This document shows, piece after piece, positions 1 to 11,009 of a stretch of DNA of 64,000 nucleotides (its first letter is position 1; every line of letters begins with the position of its first letter). The position numbers were made by a program, and so were the translations under genes. The stretch lies in the NCBI GenBank assembly GCA_904063045.1, contig CAJFCJ010000019.1, forward strand, positions 434,001-498,000. The letters run 5' to 3'. The notes beneath the pieces were generated by a model. It did no database searches, had not been told where the DNA came from, and saw only the letters and a program-made list of their open reading frames with translations. The stretch comes from Dimorphilus gyrociliatus (lineage: Eukaryota > Animalia > Annelida).

Positions 1-1323
1 AAGAGAGCATGACGGCGTCTCTTATTCAAAACTGAAACTTGAACAAACTATGCCAGGAGGATATTGAAAGGGGAAATTTTAATTATAGAAATTTTTATAG
101 ACGTCATCAGATAGGATTGATGATTTATAACGGTAAAAAAAAAAAGAAACGTTTTTTATGCGATCATACTAAAAGCGTAAATGTTTAGGCATAGAAACTC
201 TAGACGATTGAATTTGATTGAAGACTCACACCGTAACGTCATAATAAAAGAATAAACTTTCAAAAATGGACGGCACCTGCTTAATCTGTTTTTTAACCTA
301 ATATATATTATTCAGTGTTCAAGCCGCGAAGTCCAATGAGTTTTTCATATATAAAAAAGAAACGAGAATAATTATCGGCGTATCCATCTTACTTATTACA
401 CAATCGTTTGACAATCAAAGAAAAAAGCAGGTGGCATCCTCAACGACCGTATAGAGGCGATTTGAATGGTGAAAACATCTGCATTTCAGCGCGTGCTTAT
501 TGTCTGAGGGCAAATCGAGCTTGAACGAGAGCAGCTGAAAAGAGTGGCGACGCTTAATTAGATGATGTCTTAATTGTTGCTCTTTAACTGGCCATTTTAC
601 GGCTTTAATTGACAGGCAACGTTTTGTAAAAGAGGGAAATCGTTTGCACTTTCCTCAATAATAGTCGATCCGGCTACTTATCTTATCTCTCATGCGCGTA
701 TAATTGCCGCCTACTTGATTATATCAATCGTTCGCAATTATTTCTTGCCCGTATACAAACAAACATATTTGTGTATATACACACGCATAAAGTTTATACC
801 GGTACGCAAACAAAGACAGTAAATGTCAGAAAAGCTGAGCACAACACCTCTGAGACGTTGTCAAACCACAATTAGCCAGACAAGACAAAACTGTTCGAAA
901 TCGATACGGCCCGCCGCAATTCTTTTGCGGCAAAAGGGCAAGTATGGCAGCTATAGAATAGTTTGGCTGCACGTGATCAAGGTCAGGGTCGAACCTGAGC
1001 AAACGTCGTTTAAAAGATTTTAAGTGTTTGACATGTTTTTTATCTGAGGGCGCCGCGCAACTCTTCTTCCGCAAATCTTAGGCGACCTCAAGCGCATTCA
1101 TCCTTTAACAAAGGCTTGTATGCCAGTTATTGAAATAACGAATGCGGGCTCAATCTCTTTTTACTCGATGAAACGGGGCACAGTCGTAAAAATGGACAAG
1201 TCATAAAATCCCCTCTTTCGACATATGCGCCGGTCGTAAAAACAAATGCGATTCGTTGTGATTATCAGAGGCTTTTAAGCGATAAAATGAGCTGCCATCT
1301 ACCGAATAAGCTATTTGACTTAC

Positions 1324-3214
1324 CACAATAAGACATATGTTGCAATTTTCCGCCACTCAGTACTTTTCATAACAATATTATCGCTGGTCAAGCTGTTTTA
1401 ATTCAACAAAGAAGTTTTTTATTGAGAAGTATACCAAGAAGACTTTCAATTTTACGTACTTGAAGGTGTTGACCAACTGCCGGACGTCATCGGAAATGTC
1501 TCGAAAAGCTAATCGAAAATCCTCTAAGAGTGGTGTCATACTGCCGAAAAGAATGATATTGGATAATTTAATAAATTGGGCGAATGCGGAAACGTACGCT
1601 TTGGTCAATTTTTCCATTGTAATTCTCCTCCTGAAACGAATTTGAGTGTACTTGTCGACATCTGGCAAATCGACATCCGTCATAGTCCTCTCATTCTCCT
1701 TTTAAGTAAGAATAAACAAAAGAGTTATTACATAATAACACTTCATTAATGAGGACTTACTGGCTCTTCGAATCTCACTTTATTACAGATTTTCGGGTGG
1801 TAGAATTTCGAAACTTTATCATTTTGAATGTCGGCTTCATTCCGTAAACTATTCCATTTTTCTTTGTTTTTATCATCTTTAGTTTTTCCACCTGATCCAG
1901 TTATAAATTCTGCAGTTGCGTCGGTAAACCAATCTGTAAAATTTTCTTTCACCTTGTCTTCAAAACTTTTCTCGGTACCGACATAAGACGCCATCTGCTG
2001 GATATTAAGGTCATGACCACCAGCAGGAATCTCAGCCCTCTCCTTATCATCAGTGTCATCGCACGATTGCTCATCGTCGCTGTCAAATTCAACCTCCAAT
2101 ATTTTTACTTTCCGTAACCTCTTCGCAATTATGTCAGTGGGTTCGTTTTTCCTATCTATTTGTTCATCTTCATCGGAATCTTGATCGCCAACAGTATTTT
2201 TAGAATACTCTAAATAGGACAATGAATGGGCCTTTTGTGAATCTTCATCTAATTTCAAGCTCTAAATATTCCAAAGAAACTTTTACTGAAGATACAATAT
2301 TTAACATTGAATTATGAATACCTCCAATTTTGAGTCAATTTTCTCTAATTGTTCAAGTTCTTCTTTTATATCCTCCCCCAAGCGAAGGGTAACTTTAGCA
2401 CCGGGTTTTCCCATGGGACTAAATTTTCAAATCAGAATTAATTAGCTAGGTCACTTAATTAGCGTCTATTATGCAATTTGTTCAAATCATTTGCTTACTT
2501 TGTATCGGCAGATAAAAGTTCTATTTTCACATCTTCTCCTTCTCTCATCCAAACTGAGCTATTGGGTATTTGTTTTTCATAGTGTAACGATGCTTCATAA
2601 CAGAAGTCGCTGCAAAATCGCTATTGAAACAATAGTGTTTAATTAGGAAATAGTGTAGAGTTAAATATTTGGATATCTACCTTTCTACTTGTAATATCAA
2701 CAACAGTGTTGGTTCTTGTACAAATCTTATATTTTTGTTTTGGTATCTGCAAGGATAACTTTTTATTAAAATTTTAAATTTATAAAAGAGGAATTAGTCT
2801 ACATTTTTTAAAAAACTTTTGCAAATCGGATAACCACACAGCTTTGATATATATCTCTCTTCAATGATGTCCTCGTAATGATCAGGATGAATGTATTTTG
2901 CCTGTTTTGAATACAAATTAAAATTGTACATATACTTCCAAATAACTTTTAATACAATAAATACTGTTTTGTTAAATTTTCTGAATCATAATTTATCTTA
3001 ATAGTGTAATTACTTACAATTTCAATAAACATTTCTTCAGAAACCGGATTTTCTATTAGTCTCTCTACTGTTTCATGTGCTTTTCTCTCACAGTCAACTC
3101 GCTTTCGAATCCTTGCCTCTGTTTCCCTTTTCAGAAAATTATATATTTAGACCGATGGATTATATTTTAATAGATTTTGCTTGATTACTTGCTGACTCGC
3201 TTTTTATCGCTCAT
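1324..3214 (-). CDS. RPAP2: RPAP2/Rtr1-like RNA polymerase II CTD phosphatase (multi-exon; last exon not resolved)
   Basis: Hand-spliced from ATG at 3214: MSDKKRVSKETEARIRKRVDCERKAHETVERLIENPVSEEMFIEI | AKYIHPDHYEDIIEERYISKLCGYPIC...QIPKQKYKICTRTNTVVDITSRK | RFCSDFCYEASLHYEKQIPNSSVWMRE. This matches the Rtr1/RPAP2 zinc motif (ER..KLCGYP.C...KYKI...FCS..CY.AS). C-terminal exon reads NTFNLTSDNIVMKSTEWRKIATYVLL with a donor at 1323; the terminal exon lies further left and is uncertain. Confidence 0.85.
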
Positions 3215-3658
3215 TGTTGAATGCTGCTATGTATTATTAAATGATATGAAGATATAAAATAGAGCACTACGCTCTAATTCGGTTTTACTAAAACTATAAT
3301 ATAATTTCTATAAAAGTAAGAAAACTTTAAAAGTGACGAAAAGATTAAAGATGAATTAATTTTCTTGCATTCGATTTCGAAATAGGCAAAATATATCTCA
3401 AGTACCAGTTTTCAATGCCTGGAACTTGACCTGATACGAAATATTCATCAGCAAAAAAGAAGTGTGAATGGAGCCATCTTAAGACCGTGTGCGCATGAGC
3501 CAAACGAACTCGATCAATCGCGGAGTACGCCAAATCGGTTGACTATAAACAGTTTGTGTTATTTAATCATCGGCTTTATAGACAAAAACAGGGAAGTACC
3601 TAAGGATTATGATGATTGTTCGGAATTTATCAAAGGTTTATGAGTAAAAAGGTACATT

Positions 3659-6524
3659 ATGGCGTCCGAGCATAAACGAACATTTTTGTCAAAATTACGA
3701 AAACGTTTTAAAAATCATTGGAAAGCGGACGATAATGTGACAAATAAAAGGACAGTTAAAATACAAACAAATCTACCCGAGAGGGTAGTCAGTACGTGTG
3801 TAAGCAGTCCATTTAAAACTGTAGATTGTGATCAGCGAAATCATAAAACTTGTTATTGCCGAGAAAATTATCGCACCTTTCCTACGTTGAGAAGTCAAAC
3901 AGTTGACGCTGGAAGGAATTGGAAGTCAATGAATTCGGGTAGAGCCCCATTGGCTAAACAAGAAGATCTTGAAGAGTACGAGAGACCTTTATCATGTGTA
4001 ACAACTGTTTTTAACATCGAAGATCCTGGTTACTCAACACTCGACGAATTGGAGCAGAAAAAAAGTGAAAAAACGACGAATGATAATACAGATGATAGTG
4101 GTTTGGAGAGTGATGGCTTATCACCGCACGGTTCTAAGGAATCTCCATTTACCTCAGACCGTGTGTGTTATGCAGAAGTTCCTATTAAAAGAAAGGACAG
4201 TGCAAAAAATAGAGATATACCTCCACCTATTCCTCCGAGAAATTATACGGAAGACGACAGGCGATATGCTCTATCTCGACGAGAGGAAAAAACACATATG
4301 TCAATGAAAGAAGTTTTCGAAGAAGCAAAATTGCTTGGTATAAAGTTAAAGGCTGCTAAGAATTTGGACGGTCATCACGTAGAACCACCGCCGAGAACGT
4401 CCTCATTAAATCGAAATTTTAACTCTCAAAACTCAAAGGAAGAAGCTAAAAATAAATCTAGTAAATGTCGTTGTCATTCAAAGGCAAAATGCGATAGCTA
4501 TACAAGTCCTAATATGCACGGAAGACGCTTACCAACAGTTCCGGTTAAAACAAAACCTACAGGTGAGGAAATTCTTATTTCAAAAGATCATATATTAGAA
4601 TATTATTTGTTCTATAAAAATAATTTTCATCTATAGCTTGTGTGAATATTTAATCGATATTAATTACAATATTGACTAATTAAGCAAAGCTAATATCATC
4701 AGTTTCGTTTCTGATTTTACCCTAGCTTTATTGATATTTTCTTTATAAAACACAAGGGTGATCGAATGGGACTAGAAGAAGCTTTTACGCAATCATAACC
4801 TTTGAAAAAATACTTTATGTATGGCACCGTGTAGTCAATTATGTCATAATGACTGGGCAAACAATACTCTTCTTTCAATGATGATTTATCCATTTTAATC
4901 AGCCTTTCAAGTGTAAGAATTGATCCGACGTCACTTTTAGCCTTTGTAATTGATTTTATAAAACATTATTGTTATGTTTTTTGCTGTGTATTGAACTATC
5001 TTTAGTGAAAGAATTTACAATCGTGTCCGTCCAATTTATTATTCATACTCTTTTAAATAATTACGCTTTCCAACCCTGGTGCTTTAATTTATCACGAGAG
5101 TAATTCATCTTCTTTCTTTAACGAAAAATAATTTCGTCGGTTTAAATACAGCTGCTGTAGTAGTTTTCAGAAGGTCCATAGAGATGTGAAAGCGTGACTG
5201 TTTTATTCTGGAAAGCGTTCACTTAACGAATTCGCTTATTTGTATTAAATTAAGTAATTTACAAACAGAAACAAGGCCGTCAGCCACTAAAGTTCAACCG
5301 GAGGCCAAAACGGGTATGCAATTATTTATGGAAAGTATGGCAAAATTAAGAGAAGTGAGTTGATATATTTTTTCTCTGATACTGATTTATTTGTTGCTAG
5401 GCAGTGTAGGAAACTATATTTATGTAAGTGACGTAACTAGAGCAGCAAATGTTCCCCGTAAGGGTTTGGGGTACACTTGAGTATACATTGAGAGTATCGA
5501 GATACGTGTATTTGTCGCTGAGCATTCTGCATAAGGCGCTTAAGGTCGGCTCTCATCATTTGTTTAACACGTGTGGCTTAAACTTGAAGCGGCTGCAACA
5601 CCGCAAATAGCCTATCAACGAGTTGGGAAAAGAGTCTGATTAGCGCACGTCTCGGCGTAAGTTTGCAGTAGAAAGCTGTTGCAGATGGGCTCACGCTATG
5701 CAAATGCGAGACTTTCTCAATTAAGGGAAACGGAGTTTGCATCTTACAGCCTGTATATCGGTTCGCGGCCGGAAATCGAATAGTTGAGTAATATCTCCGT
5801 CGTTTAACTTAATCAGACGAACAAGAAATCTATTTTTGCTTCAAGAGCCTTGTGCCCTCATCGGTCGGCAAATATGTACGATTGTTTACTAGATAACATG
5901 AGTTGTTGTTTTATAATACACTCTCTTATTTCTATATGTCCAACAGATGGGCTACTACTGGGGCCCGTTGTCTGCTCAGGTAAGGAATGCAACATTTGCC
6001 GTTATTTATCTTTTTTCAAAGAAACCTTTTGTCTCTAATAGGAAGCCGAATGCAAGCTCTCAGATTTATCTGACGGTTGTTTCTTAGTTCGAGATAGCAG
6101 TGACGAACGGCATCTTTTATCCATATCTTTCCGATCGAAAGGCGCTACGCACCACACAAGAATCGAACACAGTGGGGGCTTATTTCATTTTAAAGCACAG
6201 CCGAAATCTATGTCAGCGGCAACTATTGTAGAATTTATTGAAAATGCTATGGAATTTTCTCGAAATGAGCGCTTTCACTTTTTTGTTCGGGGACAATCGA
6301 CACGCCTTCAGCGAAATGATGACGACGAAGAAGAAAATCCAGTTCCTCCTGTTCTTGTTAAATTATTGATACCCGTGTCACGATTCTTTGTTGTTCAAAG
6401 TCTCAAGCATCTGACGCGGATGAAAATTAGCGATTTGGTGCGAAAAGACCGCATCGATCTACTTCCTCTTCCATTTGTTTTAAAGAGCTACCTACATGAA
6501 CATACTCTTTGCCCGGAGCGGTGA
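3659..6524 (+). CDS. SOCS7: SOCS6/SOCS7-class suppressor of cytokine signalling (long disordered N-terminus, SH2, SOCS box), about 501 aa
   Basis: Exons 3659-4562, 5269-5354, 5947-5979 and 6042-6524 join in frame at GT-AG sites. SH2: GYYWGPLSAQEAECKL..DGCFLVRDSSDERHLLSISFRSKGATHHTRIEH. SOCS box: VQSLKHLTRMKISDLVRKDRIDLLPLPFVLKSYL. THHTR and IVEFIENAM resemble SOCS7 more than SOCS6, but the paralogue call is tentative. Confidence 0.85.
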
Positions 6525-7294
6525 AATCCCCTTAGACTAGTCATTGAGACATTCCATATTTTTATCATGTTTAATACTACTTTATTGATATGTAAATATC
6601 TCTTTTATTTACGTGCCATTTTCCTAATTTTTTTTATACCTGAGTGACGGTGGCACGGGTGATTGTAGTTATATTCTGTTTAAATGCGAAATGATCTAGC
6701 CTGTGCTCTCACATCATTGAAATGCCCGATGTGAGCTGAAAAGATTCATATATAATTTGTTTCCGCTTACAAATACATATTGTATGTATTGACAGATTTT
6801 ATCGGTTACTTATTGAAAGATGGTATTATAACAAAGTATTGATTGGGCAGAAATATTGCCCAATTAAACAAATCCTAAGCCTAAAAAGTGGATTGATTTT
6901 AAGCTATTTATGAAACTAAAGAGCTAATTGCTTTTATTCAATATATTTTTATGCTTGTTTTTTATCGGGAAGATAAGGAAATGAGAGCAAAATGCTTCTT
7001 TCGAAGGTCAATAATAAAATATAAACCATAATTGCGCAACCAATATTCGAAATATTATTATCTCAATATTTTTTTTCTCAATTGGGAAGCCTATTTATAT
7101 GTTAAGTTATTTGATGAGATATATGGAAGAAATAATACTGCTCTTCGAACGTAACTTAGGGCTTGTCTATATTGGGATAAATCTATCAAAATAAGTCAGG
7201 ATACGATTTGTTGCGTGTTATTGAAAGGGATAGAGAGAATATTTTAGTTCAATTGTTCAGCTAGTCTCCGACTGATTATTCATAGTGATGTGTC

Positions 7295-7350
7295 ATTGTG
7301 CAATAAAGCTAGTAGCCAATCACAAAATATTTATATTGACTGACGCAATA
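7295..7350 (+). promoter_or_regulatory. C/EBP-type site + CCAAT box module upstream of RBR copy 1
   Basis: ATTGTGCAAT (7295-7304), 9-nt spacer, AGCCAATCA (7314-7322), then TGACGCAA (7341-7348); ATTGCGCAAC also at 7031-7040. Same arrangement upstream of copy 4. Confidence 0.6.
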
Positions 7351-7506
7351 TCTGTAACAAGTATATTAAAATAAATCAGCTTGTTTTTATTCTAATGAAG
7401 TATAATATGTTGAGTTGTGAGTTTGATTGGTGAAGTTCGATATTCGAATTTTGGACTTGACATTTTGCATTAGTGTTTTTGTGAAAACAAATACTGTTCT
7501 CATAAA

Positions 7507-10392
7507 ATGATGGACGAAATAATAGACAAACCCTCTAGGGTCTATCAGTTTAAGAAACTACCGTATGGTATTCGCACAGGCAACAGTTTGAAATTAAAGA
7601 GATTCAAATATTTTCATAAGAGACATCAGGAGCGTGTCTTTAAGTGGGTCTTCTACGATAAATATACAAAGAAGGAAGCGGAGAATATTTTAAACGATTG
7701 CGATAAGGTTCTTGCGGATGGACTGCATTCTTTTGCTCAGAAGAAAGTTGCGCGTTATGGTCCCATTTCGTCGCCGTTGGCTTACTCGCTTAACAAAAGA
7801 AAGCGATGGAATTTACCTTATCATATCCAAAATATCGCTAAGAAAGATTCTCTAAGCGAAGAAACTTATAAAGTTTGCTATCTTGAGAGATTTTCAAATG
7901 TAGCAACTCTTCCAGGATATTACGGTTGTGGATGCACACTCGACCAGATTGCGTCGGTAAGAACTTTTTACAATGAGAATGGTGAAATAAAAAGACCTGG
8001 GAAGAAGTATGGATTCGAACTTGACATGATAAATGGTAGTAACAATCGCCCTAAACTTCAAGACTTCGTATTAAGGCAAATTGATAATGAAGAAAGCTAT
8101 TTCCAAGTTATTTACGACATTTGTAAAATACGTCCTATGGATTCTCTAGCGAAAGGAAATTTCGGATTCTATCCAATGGCATATTATGATAAAAAGATGA
8201 ATGCTCAAAAGCATAAAACGCCTGCAGGAAAAAGATTCGATAAATGTTTAGATTCTAATTATTACTTGAGGCGCTATATTGACGAGGGAATTATACACTT
8301 CAATAGTCTGAGCAACAAGATGGAAACGGAGGAGGAGGAAGAAACAAACACAATTCATCATTCTTCTAACATAGTCCTAGGAGATTTTATAACGAAGAAA
8401 AATATACGAAAGCGTAAGCAAAAACTATCAAAGAAGAGAAGTTATGTTAATTTTAAAGAGGAATCAAAGTCCAAAATCATTTATTTAGATCAAAATAACA
8501 TAAATACTAACAGCATTAGCTCGATAAGCGATTTTGATATAAAAGAGCATACGGAAGAGATCGAAGAAAGTACAAAATTGATAAACACAGAGGCTATTTT
8601 CGAATTTTATTTGCCTCTGAAATCCTATAAATCGTTTCTATTGGTTTGCTCCCAAAATAATATTCCTGTTCTAGATGCAGAAAGCTCTCCTCCTTACTTT
8701 TTATTGGACTTTTCCAAAATAGTTGAAAATATCTGCGCTTCAACAAGGCATTATACGAACAAGATCAAGCTAATCAGAGCTTTAGGTTTGATGACACCCT
8801 ATAGCGAAAACGATAAAGCTGTTATAAGTATGACGTTTTATTCGAATATCGAAAGCAGTCGGGCGTTAAAAAGTCTAAAAACTGATGCTAAAAATGTAAA
8901 CGATATGATTAAGATGATTAATCATCATGTTTCCGGTTGGTTGAATTCATCGAGGGATTTTATTCGAATTATCGATTTAACGGGAAGCAAGAGAGATGGA
9001 AATATAAGAGATAAGCCACATAAAACCAGAATAATAAGCGGTTGGATTCTAAATAACTTTGGATTTAGTCAAACATCTGCAGAAAAATTTGACATATTCC
9101 TTTCCTATTTAAAATCCTATTGGAATAACAAAAAGCCTGATATTAGCAATTTCTCGGGTGAATTAGAAAAGAAGAATGATTGGCAGATCACTTGCAAAAT
9201 TTGTATGATAGAAAAAGATACCCATTCTGGTTTGGCTATGAAATGCGGTCATTGGTTCTGTTTTGCCTGTTGGAAAAATTATTTGTTATATAATCGATCC
9301 CGTAACTTAAATTGCCCTACTTCAAAATGCCAGCAACAAATTGAACATCCTATTTGGTTAGCCGCAACGACTTTAAAAATATTCCAACACATAGAAAGAC
9401 TCACAGTTAGAAAGCTTATAGAACAAGAGAAAGTATGGATCCATTGTTCCAACTCAGCTTGTAATTTGTTGACAAACGTCAATAATAGTATTAAAATTCC
9501 CATAGTTGAATGCTCTTGCTCTAATCAATGGTGCACAGAATGTTTGGATGTTTTTCATTGGCCTGCAACGTGTAATCAAATAAGATATTTCAACGAGGTA
9601 ATAGATGATTCTGGTATTGAAAAAGATCGATTTATGAATGAGTACTACATTACTGAAATTAGAATATGCCCACATTGTAAAGAGAAGGTTGAAAGAGAAT
9701 CAATTATGTGTAATGAAATGCAGTGTATATGCGGTGGAAGATTTTGTTGGAATTGTCTTAAAAAGTTATACGAATGGGAAACTCACGATTCTAACGATTG
9801 TTCTAATGAAAATCGCGAAATATTCACCTTTATAGATGATGGATTTCTAAAAACTGATAAATTCGAATTCCTTCAAACAGTTTATAAATCGTTTAACGAT
9901 TTTAATACTTTAGACGTTTACCCCCAATCTAGATCAACTTTTAATGGATGGAAACGCACAATAGAACGTCAGCTGCCAACTGGAAAGGCAAATATTCGTA
10001 AAGAAATTGAGAATGAATTTTTAAGCATTTTACAAGACTGTCATTACTTATGTCATATAAGTGATTATATTGTAATGAATACTCTCGTATTAATTTACTT
10101 CTCTGGAAATGAAATCGCATGGAAAATGGTTTCTATAGAATTTCTTGAGAAACGACTCATTCTCGAAAAACTTCTATTACGTTCTATTTTAGCAACAAAG
10201 AGATTGAGAGAAAAATTAAATGGTACTAATTTTTCATTGCCCGAAAATTGGATAGCTCAAATAACATCTTTAAAGAATCAACTCGAAAGGTCTTTAATTA
10301 ATATCATCAACAATAAATCTATTCCTTACATTAGATGTATGGCATCGAAAATAACTTTAGATCGTAATATATGGTCTATTCTACCTACATAA
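7507..10392 (+). CDS. RBR E3 ubiquitin ligase, copy 1 (961 aa, intronless; unassigned N-terminal region, RING1-IBR-Rcat, helical C-terminus)
   Basis: Single ORF. RING1 CKIC..KCGHWFCFACW..CPTSKC; IBR CSNSAC..CSCSNQWCTECLDVFHWPATC; Rcat CPHC..MCNEMQCICGGRFCWNC. Confidence 0.9.
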   Translation: MMDEIIDKPSRVYQFKKLPYGIRTGNSLKLKRFKYFHKRHQERVFKWVFYDKYTKKEAENILNDCDKVLADGLHSFAQKKVARYGPISSPLAYSLNKRKRWNLPYHIQNIAKKDSLSEETYKVCYLERFSNVATLPGYYGCGCTLDQIASVRTFYNENGEIKRPGKKYGFELDMINGSNNRPKLQDFVLRQIDNEESYFQVIYDICKIRPMDSLAKGNFGFYPMAYYDKKMNAQKHKTPAGKRFDKCLDSNYYLRRYIDEGIIHFNSLSNKMETEEEEETNTIHHSSNIVLGDFITKKNIRKRKQKLSKKRSYVNFKEESKSKIIYLDQNNINTNSISSISDFDIKEHTEEIEESTKLINTEAIFEFYLPLKSYKSFLLVCSQNNIPVLDAESSPPYFLLDFSKIVENICASTRHYTNKIKLIRALGLMTPYSENDKAVISMTFYSNIESSRALKSLKTDAKNVNDMIKMINHHVSGWLNSSRDFIRIIDLTGSKRDGNIRDKPHKTRIISGWILNNFGFSQTSAEKFDIFLSYLKSYWNNKKPDISNFSGELEKKNDWQITCKICMIEKDTHSGLAMKCGHWFCFACWKNYLLYNRSRNLNCPTSKCQQQIEHPIWLAATTLKIFQHIERLTVRKLIEQEKVWIHCSNSACNLLTNVNNSIKIPIVECSCSNQWCTECLDVFHWPATCNQIRYFNEVIDDSGIEKDRFMNEYYITEIRICPHCKEKVERESIMCNEMQCICGGRFCWNCLKKLYEWETHDSNDCSNENREIFTFIDDGFLKTDKFEFLQTVYKSFNDFNTLDVYPQSRSTFNGWKRTIERQLPTGKANIRKEIENEFLSILQDCHYLCHISDYIVMNTLVLIYFSGNEIAWKMVSIEFLEKRLILEKLLLRSILATKRLREKLNGTNFSLPENWIAQITSLKNQLERSLINIINNKSIPYIRCMASKITLDRNIWSILPT

Positions 10393-10835
10393 CTTGATTT
10401 CACCCTCCTCTCTCCTTCACCACCTATCCTCTAGTCCTCCTTCCTTCTTTCTTATGCATACAGTTTATTATTTATTTTATTGTTTCATTGTTTACAGTTA
10501 TCTTTTTACAAGTATAACAAAGATACTGAATACATTAATAATATTTGATATTATGTTTAAACTTTTTTTTATATATGTAAATGAGCCACCTGTCAGCCAT
10601 GTTTTTTTTATAACTATTGTTTTTTTTATATATACTATGTAATAGAATACAGTTTCGGTTATGAAATTTTTACGTGTTTATCACATTTTGATTATAATAA
10701 ATTATTGTTTATATTATTATTATTATTTTATCTTTATTATCTTATTTTTATAAGAAATATTCAGGATATAGAATATCTTTGCTTATATTTAAAATATTTG
10801 TCAACGACTCCATTTTGTTTTCTTAGTTGCAGTTG

Positions 10836-10881
10836 GTTGTGCAATGTTTTGTTATGACTACTTGCACTAAGCTTGCGCAAC
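10836..10881 (+). promoter_or_regulatory. C/EBP-type sites upstream of RBR copy 2
   Basis: GTTGTGCAAT at 10836-10845 and CTTGCGCAAC at 10872-10881, 130-175 bp before the ATG at 11010. Confidence 0.5.
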
Positions 10882-11009
10882 AATTTTATATATAAAAATG
10901 TTAAGTAGAATGATGATCATTTGTATACCGCTTTTACCTCTAGGATTATTTTAGTTCATCAATTCTCTTTCGAAATCTAGTTTAAACATTTATCGAATAT
11001 ATTGAAAAT

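Noticed and set aside
823-1074. Two overlapping short ORFs (66 aa +, 82 aa -)
   Set aside because: No recognisable motif or supporting splice structure; expected by chance in a locally GC-richer tract.
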